Shown: piece by piece, positions 37,357 to 51,114 of the stretch | Layout of the letters: every line of letters begins with the position of its first letter | Numbering within the stretch: the stretch's first letter is position 1 | From: Schizosaccharomyces osmophilus | Lineage: Eukaryota | DNA: 64,000 nucleotides | Direction: 5' to 3' | NCBI RefSeq assembly: GCF_027921745.1 | Contig: NC_079238.1 | Span: forward strand, 992,001 to 1,056,000 | Translations under genes and position numbers: made by a program | Notes under the pieces: model-generated | The model's input: only the letters and a program-made list of their open reading frames with translations | Told to the model about the DNA's origin: nothing | Databases searched by the model: none

Positions 37357-38517
37357 TTACTCGGTTTCAGTACCACCTTCGTTTTCGGATTCTTCCTTCA
37401 AAGGTTGGAGGACTTGGATCAAATCCTTGGCGTCCATGTTCTCGTAGCAAATGTTGTAAACGGAACGGAACAAGGGGAAGTCGTTGACCATGTCCTTGGT
37501 GGAAAGGAATTCATGGACTTCCTTAGCAGTGGAAGCACCTTGCAAAAGCTGACCACCCAAGAGTTCCTTCTCAAGAACGTCGATGGGCTTACCAGACTTG
37601 ACATAAGCCTCGGCAACACGGTTGTTACGGCCACTCAAGCAAGAGGTAACCAAGTCAGCAATACCACAAGATTGCTCGACCATAGTACCGGGTTCACTTT
37701 CAAAGAAAGTGGTAGCAAACTTTTGCATTTCCAACAAACCACGACGCATGATGGCAGACTTTGTGTTACCACCCCATTCCAAACCATCGGCGAAACCGAC
37801 GGCCATGGCGACGATGTTCTTCAAAGCACCACCGAGGGCGACACCGGCAACGTCGTCGACGGAGACGACCGAGAAGTAGGGACGGTCAAAGATGGCGACG
37901 ATTTGCTCGGCAGAGATGACGGCTTGAGGGGGCTTATAACCAATGGTGGTTTCACAGAATTGTTCCTTGGCGACTTCGTTGGCAACGTTGGCACCGGAAA
38001 GAACACCACAGTAGATGCCAAGCTTTTCTTGGATGACATCGGAAAAGAGACGGACACCGTCTTTGCCGACGGAAACACCCTTGATACAAGAGATACCGAC
38101 TGCGTTGGGACGGAGGTGACCGGCCATTTGGTCGCAAACTTTGTTGATGAATTGGTGAGGGACGACAAAGACCAAAACATCAGAGCGACGGGCGACTTCA
38201 CGAACATCAGGAACGGCGATGACGTTGGGAGGGCATTCGACACCAGGAAGATACTTTACGTTTTCGTGAGTCTCGTTGAAAACTTCGGTGAGCTTTCTCT
38301 TTTCACCCTTGTGTTCGATTTCTTCTTCAAAGACCCACATACGGACCTTGGAGCGGAAGTGGTGACCGTGAGCACGGGCGTTTTCACCACAGATCTTGGC
38401 AATGGCGGTACCCCAGTTACCGGAACCGATAACACCAACAGCCAAACGCTTCTTGGGAGCTTGGTCCATGTTTGAAGCGGCAGCGGCAGCAGTAGTTTGA
38501 TGAGGAGCAGAAGACAT
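37357..38517 (-). CDS. gpd1: NAD-dependent glycerol-3-phosphate dehydrogenase
   Basis: GSGNWGT, ALKNIVA and GIADLVTSC motifs; strong codon bias. Confidence 0.96.
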   Translation of the reverse strand: MSSAPHQTTAAAAASNMDQAPKKRLAVGVIGSGNWGTAIAKICGENARAHGHHFRSKVRMWVFEEEIEHKGEKRKLTEVFNETHENVKYLPGVECPPNVIAVPDVREVARRSDVLVFVVPHQFINKVCDQMAGHLRPNAVGISCIKGVSVGKDGVRLFSDVIQEKLGIYCGVLSGANVANEVAKEQFCETTIGYKPPQAVISAEQIVAIFDRPYFSVVSVDDVAGVALGGALKNIVAMAVGFADGLEWGGNTKSAIMRRGLLEMQKFATTFFESEPGTMVEQSCGIADLVTSCLSGRNNRVAEAYVKSGKPIDVLEKELLGGQLLQGASTAKEVHEFLSTKDMVNDFPLFRSVYNICYENMDAKDLIQVLQPLKEESENEGGTETE

Positions 38518-38716
38518 GATTGAAGATGGAAACTAAGTTAGGAAATCGTAGAAAACAGAAACGTGAAATTGAAAGAAAAAAACTCGTAAAATGAAAATAA
38601 CAAAATCAATTGATATTCGTGAAAAGCGAACCTACAACGAAACGGTGGAAAAAGGTAAAAATCTGGATCTTTCGTTTGTAAGGCAGATGGTAAAGAAAAA
38701 GTGCAGGGGAATGCCA

Positions 38717-38859
38717 ATTTATATATTTGTGAGGATACGCCATTGTTTAGGTCCGAAAGACATGACGTCAAAGGCAGACTTTTACCTAGATGTTCCAAAC
38801 CAATCCAGGACGTCATGAATGTGATATCAAAAGATGGACAAGGTCGCTTTATACGTCAT
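38717..38859 (-). promoter_or_regulatory. gpd1 promoter: TATA plus three CRE/M26 (Atf1-Pcr1) sites
   Basis: ATGACGT at 38762-38768 (+, overlapping palindromic TGACGTCA), 38810-38816 (-) and 38853-38859 (-). TATATAAA on the minus strand near 38718-38725. Confidence 0.8.
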
Positions 38860-39996
38860 GTCAGCTTTGATATAGAAGAAGGGGGGGGAAAAAGCGGCAA
38901 GAATGTAAGGAACCGTAGCGACAAGCCGTTTTTGAGGAAGAAAGGAAGAAAGGAAACTGAAAACACAACAAAAGGAAAACAAATCCAAGCTTTTCTCTGT
39001 ATTCTTGAATCCTTTGCTCTGCAACCTCTCTGTAATCTTTTGCGTGCACGACTGGCTTTCCCTTTTCAACGGAACAATCGTCACAGTTTTCCACACGGTT
39101 CCTGTGTTCGACGTATCCTGGTGTGGAGGTGGTGTGTTTTCTTTTGCGTTCACCCACCCTTTCACTCCTTATTTATCTCCAACGACATATAACGCTCCTT
39201 TTAGCATTTCCTTCCTTTGCGATCACTTATCACCGCCAATCAGCACCTGGCAAGGTCACAAGGAACAACAACAACATCAACACTAACATCAACATCAACA
39301 ATAGCAAGATATGATCTAGTCTGGTGTGGAGGTAGAAAGAAGAGTGAAAAAGAATTTAACTATTTCCTGAAATCAAAAAAATAAACAAAAAAGGGCAGAG
39401 CAGCATTCCCATGGATGCTTTTCATCGGAATCCCATTTGTAAACAAACATTTTGGCTCCTTTGGACTCGCTCAATGCATCCTCCAGTCATTCGTTTTGGA
39501 CCCTTTCTAGACTCCTCTTCTCGCTCGCTGATTTTTTTACGTTTTGACCCCCCCTTCTGTTGCATTCTTTAAGGTTCATCCGTCGCACCTCGAAATTCTT
39601 TCGGGACGGTAGAAATCGTTGCAGAGCGGTAAACGGTTGCACACACACAGACACACAGACGGAGAGAGAGAGAAGGATTGAGTTGAGCTGTCCGTTTGTG
39701 TCCATTTTTTTTTGTTTTTTTTGTTTTTTTTGTTTTGATTTCAGGAAATTTTTAATTCTTCATGGATCCTTTATTTATTTTTTTACTTATTTATTTAATT
39801 AATTTTTCTTTTCCTTTCATCACGACTCTTTCACCAAGCAGAGAATCGACACCACTGTTTTCTCCATAGCAGCAAGGACCACTCCACCCACTGTAGTAGA
39901 AAGAACTAGGACTTAGAGCTCGGACTCAAACCCAAAGAAGAACCTCCTTGCGCTACGTTATGCTTGTCATCAAGAAGCAAAAATATAAAATATTTA

Positions 39997-40069
39997 CGGT
40001 CAGAGTGGGGCTCGAACCCACGACCTCATGATTAACAGTCATGCGCACTACCAACTGTGCTATCCGACC
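39997..40069 (-). tRNA. tRNA-Asn (GTT), intronless
   Basis: GGTCGGATAGCACAGTTGGTAGTGCGCATGACTGTTAATCATGAGGTCGTGGGTTCGAGCCCCACTCTGACCG folds as a cloverleaf with A and B boxes. Confidence 0.97.
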
Positions 40070-40377
40070 TTGATTGATTTCCAAGAGTTGTCTAGATATT
40101 ATATACTTCTACCTCTCTACTTATTATATCCGTCAGTTTTATTAGATTAAATTAGCAATAAAATACAACTTCCTTTGTCTGTTTCCAATTTGTCAACGGA
40201 CATTTCCATCATTTCCTTTATTCATTTCATTCACTATTCTTTGGATCGTCTCCCGAGCGGCGATCCGTAGTAGTTTGCTCTGCTCGCCTACCATAAATGA
40301 TTCGGCTTTTTCTTCGATAGGATGAGCTTTTTCTTGGATGACCTTTCTTCTATAGCATACCCATCCTTCTGATCACT

Positions 40378-40628
40378 CTAACAAATCACACAACACTTAT
40401 TCCGCAGTCCCTTTTTCTTATGGGTCGACGAGGAACTCTTCATACGATTCAATTTTCCTTCCTTGGATTTGTTTCCAACAAGCATCGGTTCTTCATGCTC
40501 TTCAATATAATTTCGAAATCTAATCATTTCATTCCATGTTAAAATCCCTTTTTCTTTTCTCCTTTCCATCTCACTTACTCATTGCGGGCTCTTTCCACAG
40601 AAACGTTCTGCTGCAAATTCTCTTCCAT
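40378..40628 (-). CDS. git11: Heterotrimeric G-protein gamma subunit (63 aa)
   Basis: Exons 40628-40579 and 40519-40378. Ends KCCVIC (CaaX); lies between gpd1 and csn1. Confidence 0.8.
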
Positions 40629-41285
40629 TGGACAACTCGTTTTTCTTTTTCACTCCAATTCAGTTCAATTTGAATAAATTGATTTCAATTATTTACAATT
40701 CCACTCTCTTACTCTTAAAAGTCGTCGTCGTCGCCTTCCATCTCAAACACCGTCATCTCCTTGTATACGACCTTCTTGCTTTGATTTTTATCCAATCCGT
40801 TGGAGTGCGGTGGTAAATAAACAAATCGATAAAAACAAATCCTTTTCTTTGAAATGTCCTTAAGCTATAGATCTGATGCAGATTTTTATCAACTATAATC
40901 ATGAAAAAAAAATACAACGGTATTGTTTTTTATTTGAAACATTCCAGCAGCAGCCATTGTAGTCGACAAATTTGCTTTTCGATTTCCTTTATACAACACT
41001 CTACAACAATTCTTTTCGCTTTTTTTTTTCTTTTTACAATTTACAAAACAAAAACAGTAAAAAGGTAGAAAAAAAGTAATTAAAACTCTCCACGTCCATT
41101 TCCTTTCCAAGCTCAACCTCCCATGCTCACCAGTTCGTCATGACCGACTTGAATTCCTACAAACATCGTCTCTGGACTGTTAGAATTTGTCGGTTTTTTT
41201 TTTATTTCTTTTTGAGTTAAAAGTTTCCAAGAAACGGTTCTTGTTTTTATTTTTTATTTTACATTCGTCACTGGATACAACGACT

Positions 41286-42684
41286 ATGGATACGGCGGAT
41301 TTGGAAAAGTACTTGAATCAATATGGAGGTATGTTTCTCAAATGCAACAAAAATGCAATTTTTTTGCCTTTTACCAACCATCGTTTCATAATTTAGTTTG
41401 GCCAGGGATTTTCAGGGCTCTCTTCATAGCTCGCTCTCATGAAGCTTTCAGGTCCTTCTGCTCTCAATATGCAATCAACAAATTGAAAGCAAATACTTAC
41501 AATTTGGAATTGTACAAATCTGCCTTTTCAGAGTTCACAAATGATGTCGGCGAAGAACAATATGATTTGTCTTGGATTGACAGTGTCACATACCATCGAA
41601 AACAAAATCTAGACCATCTCACAAAAGAACTGAAATCTTACAAAAATAATCTCATTAGAGAGTCCATTCGGGTATGTGCTTTCTGCTTCCAAATCCCCTT
41701 TTTCAATCTCTAACTTTTTCTGTTTCATCTAGTCAGCACAACTCGACCTGGCCTCTTTTTTTACCGACTTGGGCCAATTTGAAAGCGCCCTTCGGGCCTA
41801 TGCGAAGGTCCGAGAATATTGCACCAACGCTGGTCAAATCGCCCATTTATCGCTCGACTTAATGAGAGTCTCCATCTGGATGGAAAACTATTCTCACGTT
41901 CTCGCTTTTGGTTCTCGTGCCAAGTCGACTCTTTCTGCTGCCATGGAGATCAAAAGTACCGTGTATGCTTATTGCGGTTTGGCACACATGTGCCTGGGCG
42001 ACTACAAATCTGCCCTAGACCACTTTCTACATGTTGCACCAGATTTTTCCGATATTCTCTTGACCAAAACAGACGTATCCACATATACTTCTATATGTGC
42101 TTTAGTATGTTGGGACCATAAAGAACTGCTACAACAGTTAAACGAAGATGAAATATTTAATGCTTTATCCGATCTTAATCCCACTTTACGAAAATGTATG
42201 CATTTTATGAGCCAGCGAAAGTACAGCTCTTTGTTTAACACTCTTCAAGCCAGCTTTCCGGAATATGCATTGGACATGTACCTGGCTCCTCATCTACTCA
42301 CCTTTCTGTCTTTAATCCGCGAGCGTTCGTTGATTGATTATTTGTTTCCATACAGTGCTATTCCTATGAAAAAGATTGCCTCTGACTTTCAAGTTGACTT
42401 GCCCTTCATTGAAGATTTTCTATTGCAAATGGTAGAAACACAAAAGATAGACGCGAAATTGGATTGTCTGAATAAGGTAAGTATTCTTTCTATGCCATAA
42501 TGTATGTGCGCTAACAACTTTTTCTCTTCAGTGTGTTTATATGGAATCTTCGTTAGAAGGCGAGCGCTTTCAAGAAATTCAAGACATCGTTGAAAACACC
42601 CACATTTATAGCAAAGCGATCCATTTACAGACTACAAATACTTTTAACAAAAGCATGGATGATGAATCTTCTACGCATACTTAA
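41286..42684 (+). CDS. csn1: COP9 signalosome subunit 1, 4 exons
   Basis: Exons 41286-41328, 41397-41671, 41733-42476, 42532-42684. ELKSYKNNLIRESIR and YAKVREYCT motifs; PCI domain. Confidence 0.92.
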
Positions 42685-42797
42685 TATCGTCCTGTTAATT
42701 AAAACTATATTGTTTTCATTCATGCATAACGCCAATACGCCATGAAAAATCATGTTTCCATAATAAATTTCAAGACATTTTTACAATTAAATTGATT

Positions 42798-43453
42798 CTA
42801 CGCTGATGCCGGAGCGCTCTTCGTGTTTTGATCAGTAGCTTTTTGTTGCATGACGGATTGAACAGCTATACATTAAAGATTTTGTTAATAATTCGTTCCA
42901 TCATATTCACTTTCGCTAGAACATAGAAAAGGAATTGAATCTTACCTCGTATTTGGGAAGACTTGGCTTCAACAGCACCGCTGATGCTCTCAACACTGTT
43001 TTGTAGATATTCACACTTTCTTTGATAATACTCAATTGCATCAGGAGCACTCTGAAAACAAACGTTAGTCACAAATTCAACTTGATTTTCTTTATTTTTT
43101 ACCTTCTCAACAAAGTATCCTGTTCCAATGTCTATCAATACTTTTCCATTGCCCAGTTTTAGCTTGCCGGGTACATAGAGACTAGTTGTAAGGGGAACAA
43201 GCATATCTCGCTCTGGTTTTTAAGCTTGTTAGTAACAAGGCCATAAACAAAACTTCTATCCTTTACCTTCATTTTCCGCCTTTACTGTTTCTTTTATGCT
43301 ATTAAGACAACCAAGAAATTTTACATGTGCACGTCCTAACTGAGCATATGAACTCGATAGGTATTCCAGCTCAGTATTAAGTTGCTTAATAACTTCTGTT
43401 AATTGCTCTAAACTAAGAGTCCCTAAATTGACCGACTTCGATCCTTCTGCCAT
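42798..43453 (-). CDS. gim5: Prefoldin subunit 5, 4 exons
   Basis: Exons 43453-43267, 43212-43103, 43051-42946, 42865-42798. Motifs LVPLTTSLYVPG and LIDIGTGYFVEK. Confidence 0.93.
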
Positions 43454-43747
43454 ATTGATTCTTCTGTGTTGCTAAAATTCCAAATGCTTTCTTAAACCAA
43501 CTTTGCGTTCCAACACGTTAAACAATATAATCTGACTTGCGTTTATTTTTATGTTTATAATAAAAAATAAAAATAAAATAAAAACAAAGGATAAAAGTAG
43601 TGCATTAAAGATCATTTATTAAATAACTATTAAAACAGGTATTAGCATGTAAAGATCTTGATCAGAATTAAAGGGATACGTATACATGCCAAGGGCTTCT
43701 ATATTTTGTCAAAAGAGCTCGTGAAATAACCAAAACTAGATATCATG

Positions 43748-46252
43748 CTACGCTTCTGTTTTCTTGTAAGGATCAAACTGTAGTAGATCTTTATCGTCTT
43801 CAACAGGTTCTCCAACGTCTTCATCGATATCTGATGTATGGCTTTTAACTTTTTCAAAATTCGAAGTATCATCGCTTGTCATATATAATTTTTGTCCCGT
43901 GCTCGTAGCATTATCTGAAGAAGGAATAGCTGCAGCGTGCTTGTGACCACGGAAAGTTTCACTCCACCTGTTAGTGTCAAGAACGAGCGAATCCAACAAA
44001 CCGCGAAGACCGCCAACGGTGCTTGTCTTTTCTTCGACAGGTGGCAGTACAACAGAATCCGCCAACCCACCAGAAAAGAGTTGCTCTAGGAGCACGTTTG
44101 AAAGAATGACCATGCGAAAAGTCGGTAGACTCACCCGGATATCACTATTTGCGCTTACATTTCTTTCTGAAGCCAAACCACCACTTGGTAAACTCTCGTC
44201 CACATCAACCAACTTCTCCTCTTCCTGATGTTCAGGACCAGCTTCATCGGCAAAATGAAAGCACCTTTGAATAAACTCGCTGACAGCTGACAAGCACTCA
44301 TCGCCCATGTATCTTGTAATCCATAAAATAGCCTCAGAGACCTTCAAGACGTCAGATTTATCCATAAATCCATCAGAGTCAGAGTCGTACAGTTCAAAGA
44401 TAAATGAGATATTACGCATAACATCTCGCACTTTTAATTCTGCAATTCCAGAGACCAAGTCTTGTAGAGAGAGAGAACCTACCCTGCTTCTATCAAATCG
44501 TAGAAATAAATGTCTTAAAAAAGATGAAGATCCGTTAATTGCTGTCGCGTCAAGATTTTTGGACCAATCCGTTACACCTCCCATAAAAACACAAAATTCA
44601 TCAAACTCCAGTTTTGTATCAACAGAAGTGCCTAACTCAAACTCATGCTTGGTAGAAAGAATTTCATGGTATCGATCATATATATTACTCAAGTCGTCAC
44701 GTGTCAGCGAGCCGTAATTTTGGATACTTCGTATTTGTGTCCGCTTGGCAAATGACTCAATTGAATTGATTACTTTATTGAAATGTCGTTTCCTTTCTGA
44801 CTCTATCATGGGATGCGTAATATTTCCAAACTTCTTGAACGCTGTTACAAGCAACAGTTGAAATTTGGTAATGGCCGCAACTCTTTTATCAGTAGCATCT
44901 TTGTAAACGCGATCACTCAAAGACGAGAAATACTTTTTCAGAAGAGATATAAGCATGGTTTCCTCAGTGGCCTTTAAGATTTCAGACTCGTTATCATACA
45001 GTACAGCCATCCCAATCTGAAAAAGGACCCTTGGGCCTTCTAAAAAGAAAAAGTCCATCAGTCGGAATGCATAAGGTAATGGCATTGTACAAAAGAAAAG
45101 AGAAAGAAACCATGGTAAGGATATAATACTGAGTTGGATATCCTTGTTTACAAAATGAGCGTGGAGGTTGGGCATAAGTCGCTGTACTAAAGTTTCGTAT
45201 ACCTGTTGATCAATTAATGTTCCGTACATAGTCTTGGAATAATAGCCGGGTATGTAATCCTCGCAAATCTTATGCATTAAATAAAACGCTTGGGCTTCAT
45301 TGCAATGAATTAACAATGCAGCAGCCACAATATTCATTGCTTGACAGTAGCCAACATCCTGATTTTTCCAAGAAAAGGCAACCAAAACATTTCGCAAAGC
45401 ATCAATTCCTTCATCATTTTGGTAAGCAGGGTACTCTGGTAAACTTCTGCCCAGGTCTTTTTCAATTTCTTCTAATGAAAAAGAGGTTTGCCCAGAATGG
45501 GCGTGTAAAATATGTTCGTATTCGTTTTCATTTTGGAGCCTCAGATATAAAGACCCAGAAGTTAACTCCCATATTTCACCCCTTAACTTATTTGGTAACT
45601 CTATACGAACGAGCTTAGAAAATAGAGAGACACGTATCAAAGAAAGGCTTGTTCCATATAATAAGAAATATTCTTTCCACATTCGAAGTTTGGCTCTTTC
45701 ACGAGAAGCCCGTGGATCTGTGGGATACCCATATTTGCAACCAAAACCATAAGACTGATTACCCTCTGCAACATTAGGACTTATCAATTGTTCTGAAAAG
45801 AATTGTTTGGTAAATTCGGATGCCTTATGCATGTTTACCTTGTGTGAAATAAGCTCTTCCTTCAGGAGTCCGCAAAAACGCAAAGCAGTGCTTTCAGAAA
45901 CTTGAAGAGAAATTCGAAATTCATAACCATTGCTCGTGGAAACTGAAAGCAGCTGTTCAAAGTCATCACTCTTTACTTTGCTAACCTTTCGAATAATTGT
46001 ATATGGCATACAAAACTGAGTACCTTCTTCATCACCACGGAAAGCAATATAGTCAGTAAATAAATATAGGATACCTAATAAAGAGCTCGTTTCCTCCGCG
46101 TTGTTATAATGGATGAACTGAATTTCGCACGGTAAACTGTTGATAGAAAATTGCGAATCCGGAAGTCGAAATCTCCATCTCAGCTTAGCTAAATCCTTTG
46201 ATGAATCAGGAAGTTGTAGCTTCGTTTTGATTATGCTGGCAATTGAAGACAT
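43748..46252 (-). CDS. gyp2: GRAM-TBC-EF-hand Rab GTPase-activating protein (Mdr1/Gyp2-like)
   Basis: IEKDLGRS and GYCQAMN TBC motifs plus an EF-hand. First ATG at 46252. Confidence 0.85.
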   Translation of the reverse strand: MSSIASIIKTKLQLPDSSKDLAKLRWRFRLPDSQFSINSLPCEIQFIHYNNAEETSSLLGILYLFTDYIAFRGDEEGTQFCMPYTIIRKVSKVKSDDFEQLLSVSTSNGYEFRISLQVSESTALRFCGLLKEELISHKVNMHKASEFTKQFFSEQLISPNVAEGNQSYGFGCKYGYPTDPRASRERAKLRMWKEYFLLYGTSLSLIRVSLFSKLVRIELPNKLRGEIWELTSGSLYLRLQNENEYEHILHAHSGQTSFSLEEIEKDLGRSLPEYPAYQNDEGIDALRNVLVAFSWKNQDVGYCQAMNIVAAALLIHCNEAQAFYLMHKICEDYIPGYYSKTMYGTLIDQQVYETLVQRLMPNLHAHFVNKDIQLSIISLPWFLSLFFCTMPLPYAFRLMDFFFLEGPRVLFQIGMAVLYDNESEILKATEETMLISLLKKYFSSLSDRVYKDATDKRVAAITKFQLLLVTAFKKFGNITHPMIESERKRHFNKVINSIESFAKRTQIRSIQNYGSLTRDDLSNIYDRYHEILSTKHEFELGTSVDTKLEFDEFCVFMGGVTDWSKNLDATAINGSSSFLRHLFLRFDRSRVGSLSLQDLVSGIAELKVRDVMRNISFIFELYDSDSDGFMDKSDVLKVSEAILWITRYMGDECLSAVSEFIQRCFHFADEAGPEHQEEEKLVDVDESLPSGGLASERNVSANSDIRVSLPTFRMVILSNVLLEQLFSGGLADSVVLPPVEEKTSTVGGLRGLLDSLVLDTNRWSETFRGHKHAAAIPSSDNATSTGQKLYMTSDDTSNFEKVKSHTSDIDEDVGEPVEDDKDLLQFDPYKKTEA

Positions 46253-47381
46253 AACAAACTTGTATACGGACACCCAACGGAAGCAAGGCTATTAGAGATT
46301 CAGTAATTCAGACAGCGATTGTTCAAACAGATAAACAGGTATATGAATAAATAATAAATACTTTCCTAGTTAACAGCTAAGAAACAGAAGCTTTTTACCA
46401 ATCTTGCCAGAGGTGACTTTACTTATGAAAGAGCAATTTTGCGCGGTAGTAAAATATGAATTGTTGATTGTAATATGTATAGGACATAAAAAAGCAATTG
46501 CTAGCGGATTTAAGGACTTATGGAAACCACATTACACTTTTTAGGCGTTATGTTGTGTTCTTTGTAACAGACAGCTGCAAGGAAGTAAACGAATAAGGCA
46601 ATGACACGGTAAGCCTCTTATACCATAATAAAAAATACTCACCAGAAAAGCCTGTTTACTGTTACTGTTACTGTCGTTCACTTAAAGTGTCTTTTTTTTG
46701 GTAATAATAACTGTATACATGTAGATGATGTTGCTGCTATTGTTTTACTTTCCAGCTTACTAAAATGGGGAGACACGTTTAAATAAAAATGCTAACAGCT
46801 CCATTTGTTTAATAAGTTCAAAATCTTTCCAAAGAAACGCCCAAACCCGAGTTTTCAAGGATAGATCCAGTGTAAACTGTCCATTAATGATTTCAATTTT
46901 TGTCAAAGATATCGTAACATCCATTTCAAAAAGCAAGAGAATGGATAAATTATTTTCTTTTTTATTAACTCGTAAGTTGGTAAATATTGATAAATGAATT
47001 GACGCATGGAGAAATCCATGATAGAACATTCCACACGTCGAGATTAGTGAGATATCTTTCATATTCCTCCTATCCTTGGGAAAACCAGCTTTCCAAGTAA
47101 GGAAACAAAAGAAAAAAGAAAAATTAAATTATAAGACAGAGCAACGTACCCAAAACTCAAATTGGTAGTAACGATTAAAAGTTCTCTACTTCGACGGACA
47201 TGTAAAAGATATGAGATTAAGGGAATCGGGATAAGTGGAAAACATATACAGAAGATAAAGACAACGGTATACCGGTTTTGAACCAGGGAGACAAAGAAAT
47301 GACACAAAATCGAGAAACGGAACTAACCTCTATAGTACATTGAAGTAAGACTCTGACTCACGTAGAAAAATTGTTCTTTTT

Positions 47382-48047
47382 TTAATTGTCTTCACCCTTG
47401 ACAATACCAACCTTGGCGGGACGGACAACACGACCATTTAATGTGTAACCCTTGCTCTCACAATGGAAGATTGTGTTTGCATCCTTTCCTTCTATGGGAA
47501 TTTGGAAGACAGCTTCATGGATGTTAGGATCAAACTGCTCGCCGATACCATCGTAACGAACCACACCATGTTTTTGTAGCATCTTGATCATGTTTGACTC
47601 GGTCATGACTAAACCATCGTACAAATCAACCAAGTCTTTATTGGAATCGCGATCCTTACGCTTCTCTGCGGGCACAATAGACAAAGCACGCTCTAAATTG
47701 TCGACAGAATCTAAAAGGTCTTTGAGTAGCTTTTGAATGGCAAATGCACGAGTTTGCTCCATGTCACGTTTCACACGGTTTTCCATGTTTCGAGCGTCTG
47801 CCAACTTGTGACGGACATTGTCCTTCAATTCAGCAATTTCTTTACTCTTTGCTTCATATTTTTCCTGGATTTCTTTAAGTTGTGCATTTTCTTCAGGCTT
47901 AGGCGCCGTTTCAGCTGCCTTTTCACCAGTTTCATCTTTCTTAGCTTCCGAAGAAAACCAAAATGCTCTAGGATGATTTAAAGAAGCTCGTACGGGAAAT
48001 GCAGCACGCATTACCGTAGGACGACATAATCTTCTCATACCATACAT
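47382..48047 (-). CDS. mge1: Mitochondrial GrpE nucleotide exchange factor
   Basis: FDPNIHEA and GYTLNGRVVRPAKV motifs; mitochondrial presequence. Confidence 0.95.
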   Translation of the reverse strand: MYGMRRLCRPTVMRAAFPVRASLNHPRAFWFSSEAKKDETGEKAAETAPKPEENAQLKEIQEKYEAKSKEIAELKDNVRHKLADARNMENRVKRDMEQTRAFAIQKLLKDLLDSVDNLERALSIVPAEKRKDRDSNKDLVDLYDGLVMTESNMIKMLQKHGVVRYDGIGEQFDPNIHEAVFQIPIEGKDANTIFHCESKGYTLNGRVVRPAKVGIVKGEDN

Positions 48048-48956
48048 TATAAACCTTTTTTTAATTTTACTCGTATTTGGTAAAATCTAAGTTTCAGATT
48101 GAGTATAACGGCCCGTAAAGGATATAAGATGAGTAATTACGAACGCCGAAGGAATATCATATATGATATAGTAAATTCAAACGCAGTTGCTTAAAATGTA
48201 AACAAAAGGATTTTTGCTCTATTTCTTGTATAAAATCGAATAGTAGCAATATAGAAGTATTCGTGATGCCAGACGTTTCGTATTATTTTATTTCTGTAAT
48301 TTCAACGGGAAATATTTTGCCAGTCTGTTAGAATCCTTCACTGATGAACGTGGTATATCGAAAACGAATTTACTCAATTAATATTAAAATACATGTCATG
48401 AATTTAAGAATGTTTCCTTCTTTCATGTGTCTGGACGGAGCGTTTTGTACATCGCATTCTTTAAAGTATTGACTTGTCGATCGAAATCAAGAATCGACTT
48501 TTGGAGACGACTGTTTCATTAAAGCCAGATAGATTATAAAAAAGCAGCAAGGAAATTGAAGATTTGATTTCTAAGAAATAATTCAAAATCGATCCAGACT
48601 AACTACGCTTGTTCTAACAAGACATAAACATCCATGAAAACACACTTACAAGCTTTTGTTGGGAGAAAAACAACATAATTTTTGTTTTTATGAGACAATT
48701 GTATATGTATAATACTCCTGCTCATACGCGCTTGTTGATTCATTTCATTCGTGTTTTTTTCGTAACCTCCACCCCAATTCCTATTCTTGGAACGCTTTCT
48801 CTGCTTGTCTCGAAAAGCTTTTATATTCGAACCTATCCCTTTGAGAAGACCTTTTGGCTTTTTTCTTAAATTTCTTTCGAAATATTTGCTGCAGAGAGAA
48901 CAGTGCCTCTTCACATCGTAAATCCATTGTGCATCTTCTAGTAAAAAGGTGGAATC

Positions 48957-49381
48957 ATGTCTGGAAATAAATCTATCGAACAAAGGTCTTTAATTTCTGT
49001 TATTGGTGACGACGATACTGTCACAGGCTTGCTTTTGGCAGGGACAGGTCAAGTCAACGAGGAAGGAAAGAAAAACTTTTATATTGTGAACCAAAGTAAG
49101 AAGAATGAAAATAAATGCTATACATGGCATCATTACTAACGTTTTCATTGGAAGAAACTACTGATGAACAAATCGCAAGTGTGTTTGATGATTATACTAC
49201 TAAGCGGTCAGACATTGCAATTGTCTTGATTAATCAAGTTGCTGCTAATCGAATTCGAGACAGAATTGACAAGTATGTTCAGGCATTCCCTGCTGTGTTA
49301 GAAATTCCTAGTAAAGACGATCCCTATGACCCCGAAAAAGATAGCATTCTTCGACGTGTTCGAAAGATTGTAGGAGAATAA
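48957..49381 (+). CDS. vma7: V-ATPase V1 subunit F
   Basis: Exons 48957-49095 and 49155-49381 (AAG acceptor after TACTAAC). Motifs [14 protein letters not shown] and [15 protein letters not shown]. Confidence 0.95.
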
Positions 49382-49573
49382 TTAACTTTGTATGGAAGTG
49401 ATGTTTCTATTTACGATATTTTGCTTTGCTAATTATCAATAAACTTTGAATTTCCTATTATTTCAAAGCCTAATTAGATTTATTAATAGTCAAGAATGAA
49501 TGAAACATGAAAAGGTAAAGGTAAAGGTAAAGTAGCAAATTCACTGAGTCTTAAATATAATTCAAGCCAATGC

Positions 49574-50287
49574 TTAATTCAAATCGAAACTCACATTACA
49601 ACCACACGATGATTTTGCACGAGGATTATTAACTAATTGAAACGAAGATCCAATCAATTCTTTTGTATAAACAATCTCAGAACCATTAATTAACGGTAAT
49701 GAGATACTGTCCGAGACAATTCTAGCTTTTCCTCGAACAAACACACTAAAACAGTTAGCATCGGAGCTTCTTTAATAGAAATAATCCAAGGTAATACTAA
49801 AGGATAAGGAAATCATGAAGTCCCTAACATACCTGTCTTCTTTTCCTATTTGATCATCCATGTTAAAGGAAATCTGATATCCATGGCATCCACCGCCATC
49901 GACAACCACGCGTAGAGCAGTATCTTTTTGTTTTTGAGCTGCTACTTTTTCTAATTGTTGCTTTGCCGAGTCGCCCATGTGTATTATATATGGTTTCCCT
50001 GATTCATCATATTGTTCCTGCAGAGTATACTGATCTGCTGTTTTCGTGGAATTTTTTCGAATCGGTTGCATCCGGTATATTTTAGATTGATTTTCAGACT
50101 GAAGAATCCTTGAAGCAATGACAAATGGCCGACTTCTCGTACTACCCAACTCATTTTTTTGTAACACGCTTGAAAAGCTTCTCGATGAGATATGATTCCG
50201 CGGTACTTGCCAATTTCTAAAGAAAAGTTTATTCAAACCTCCCTTCACAGGAAAAAGCCCATAATTCTTCCTCATGAATATACTCAT
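49574..50287 (-). CDS. isa2: Mitochondrial A-type Fe-S assembly protein
   Basis: Exons 50287-49833 and 49745-49574. Motifs VDGGGCHGYQ and SSCGCNVSF. Confidence 0.92.
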
Positions 50288-51114
50288 AAAAAATAGTGAT
50301 GTTGTGAACGGATAGTTTGCCGCCTATGTCGTTGGTGGATAATGCTGTAGGGCGTCTTCTTCTAATTTGTATTATTTTCATATTTTATTTTTTTTAATAT
50401 TAATTAGTTGAATTGGTAAATCTATTTTCCCAAGTGTCTCTCGACAAACTTGAGTATTTTATTTATATGGTCTATTCAAACTTGGGGGATTAATTGAGGA
50501 AAACCCGTAAATAAAGAAAATATATAAAATATAATTAGAAGAAAAACTTAATTTAGTTTATTAATTTGTCTGGCTAGCGATGGATCCTTTTCAATTGCTC
50601 TAGCTGAAAAGTTTAGCCCATTGAGATTTTGCTAACAAGTCGTCTTTCCAGAAACAGCTTTGGAGTGAGAATAAATTCAAAAAATTAACAAGTAAAACGT
50701 CTTTCGGTGCCTTTAGAGCTTTTTACAGGTCTGGAGTAAGCTTTTACTCAAAGCTAGTTTGTCCTTTTCCAGATAGAATAAAGAACTACCAAATCTCTTA
50801 GCTTAAGAAAGAACATTGCCAACAGAATTATTCGGTTTCCCTGCTCTATCTTTATTTGTTTCATCATGTTGGGTTTCCTGTTTTGGCTCCAATAATTTCC
50901 ATTACAAAATCCATTTTTAAATTTAATTAATAAACTAAAATCTGACATTAATTACAGTAATAAAGATTTAGACTTCAATTTAGAGAACCAAAGGGCAAGT
51001 CTTCGATTTCTGAGCTCGATCTCTTCCCCTAGAGCACTTTCCTTAAACATCCTATACCTTCCTCCAACGCTGAACATCCTTTTCAACGCTGGCTAGCAGC
51101 TATAGAAGAAGAAT

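Noticed and set aside
37297..38475. 392-aa ORF antisense to gpd1
   Set aside because: In-register mirror frame explained by strong codon bias in a highly expressed gene; no recognisable domain.
40193..40349. Downstream open frame that could splice in frame to git11 exon 1, giving a CaaX-less isoform
   Set aside because: No convincing branch point, only about 52 codons, and frame match has a 1-in-3 chance.
46760..47307. 100-aa and 82-aa ORFs between gyp2 and mge1
   Set aside because: Composition typical of AT-rich non-coding DNA; no motifs or splice support.
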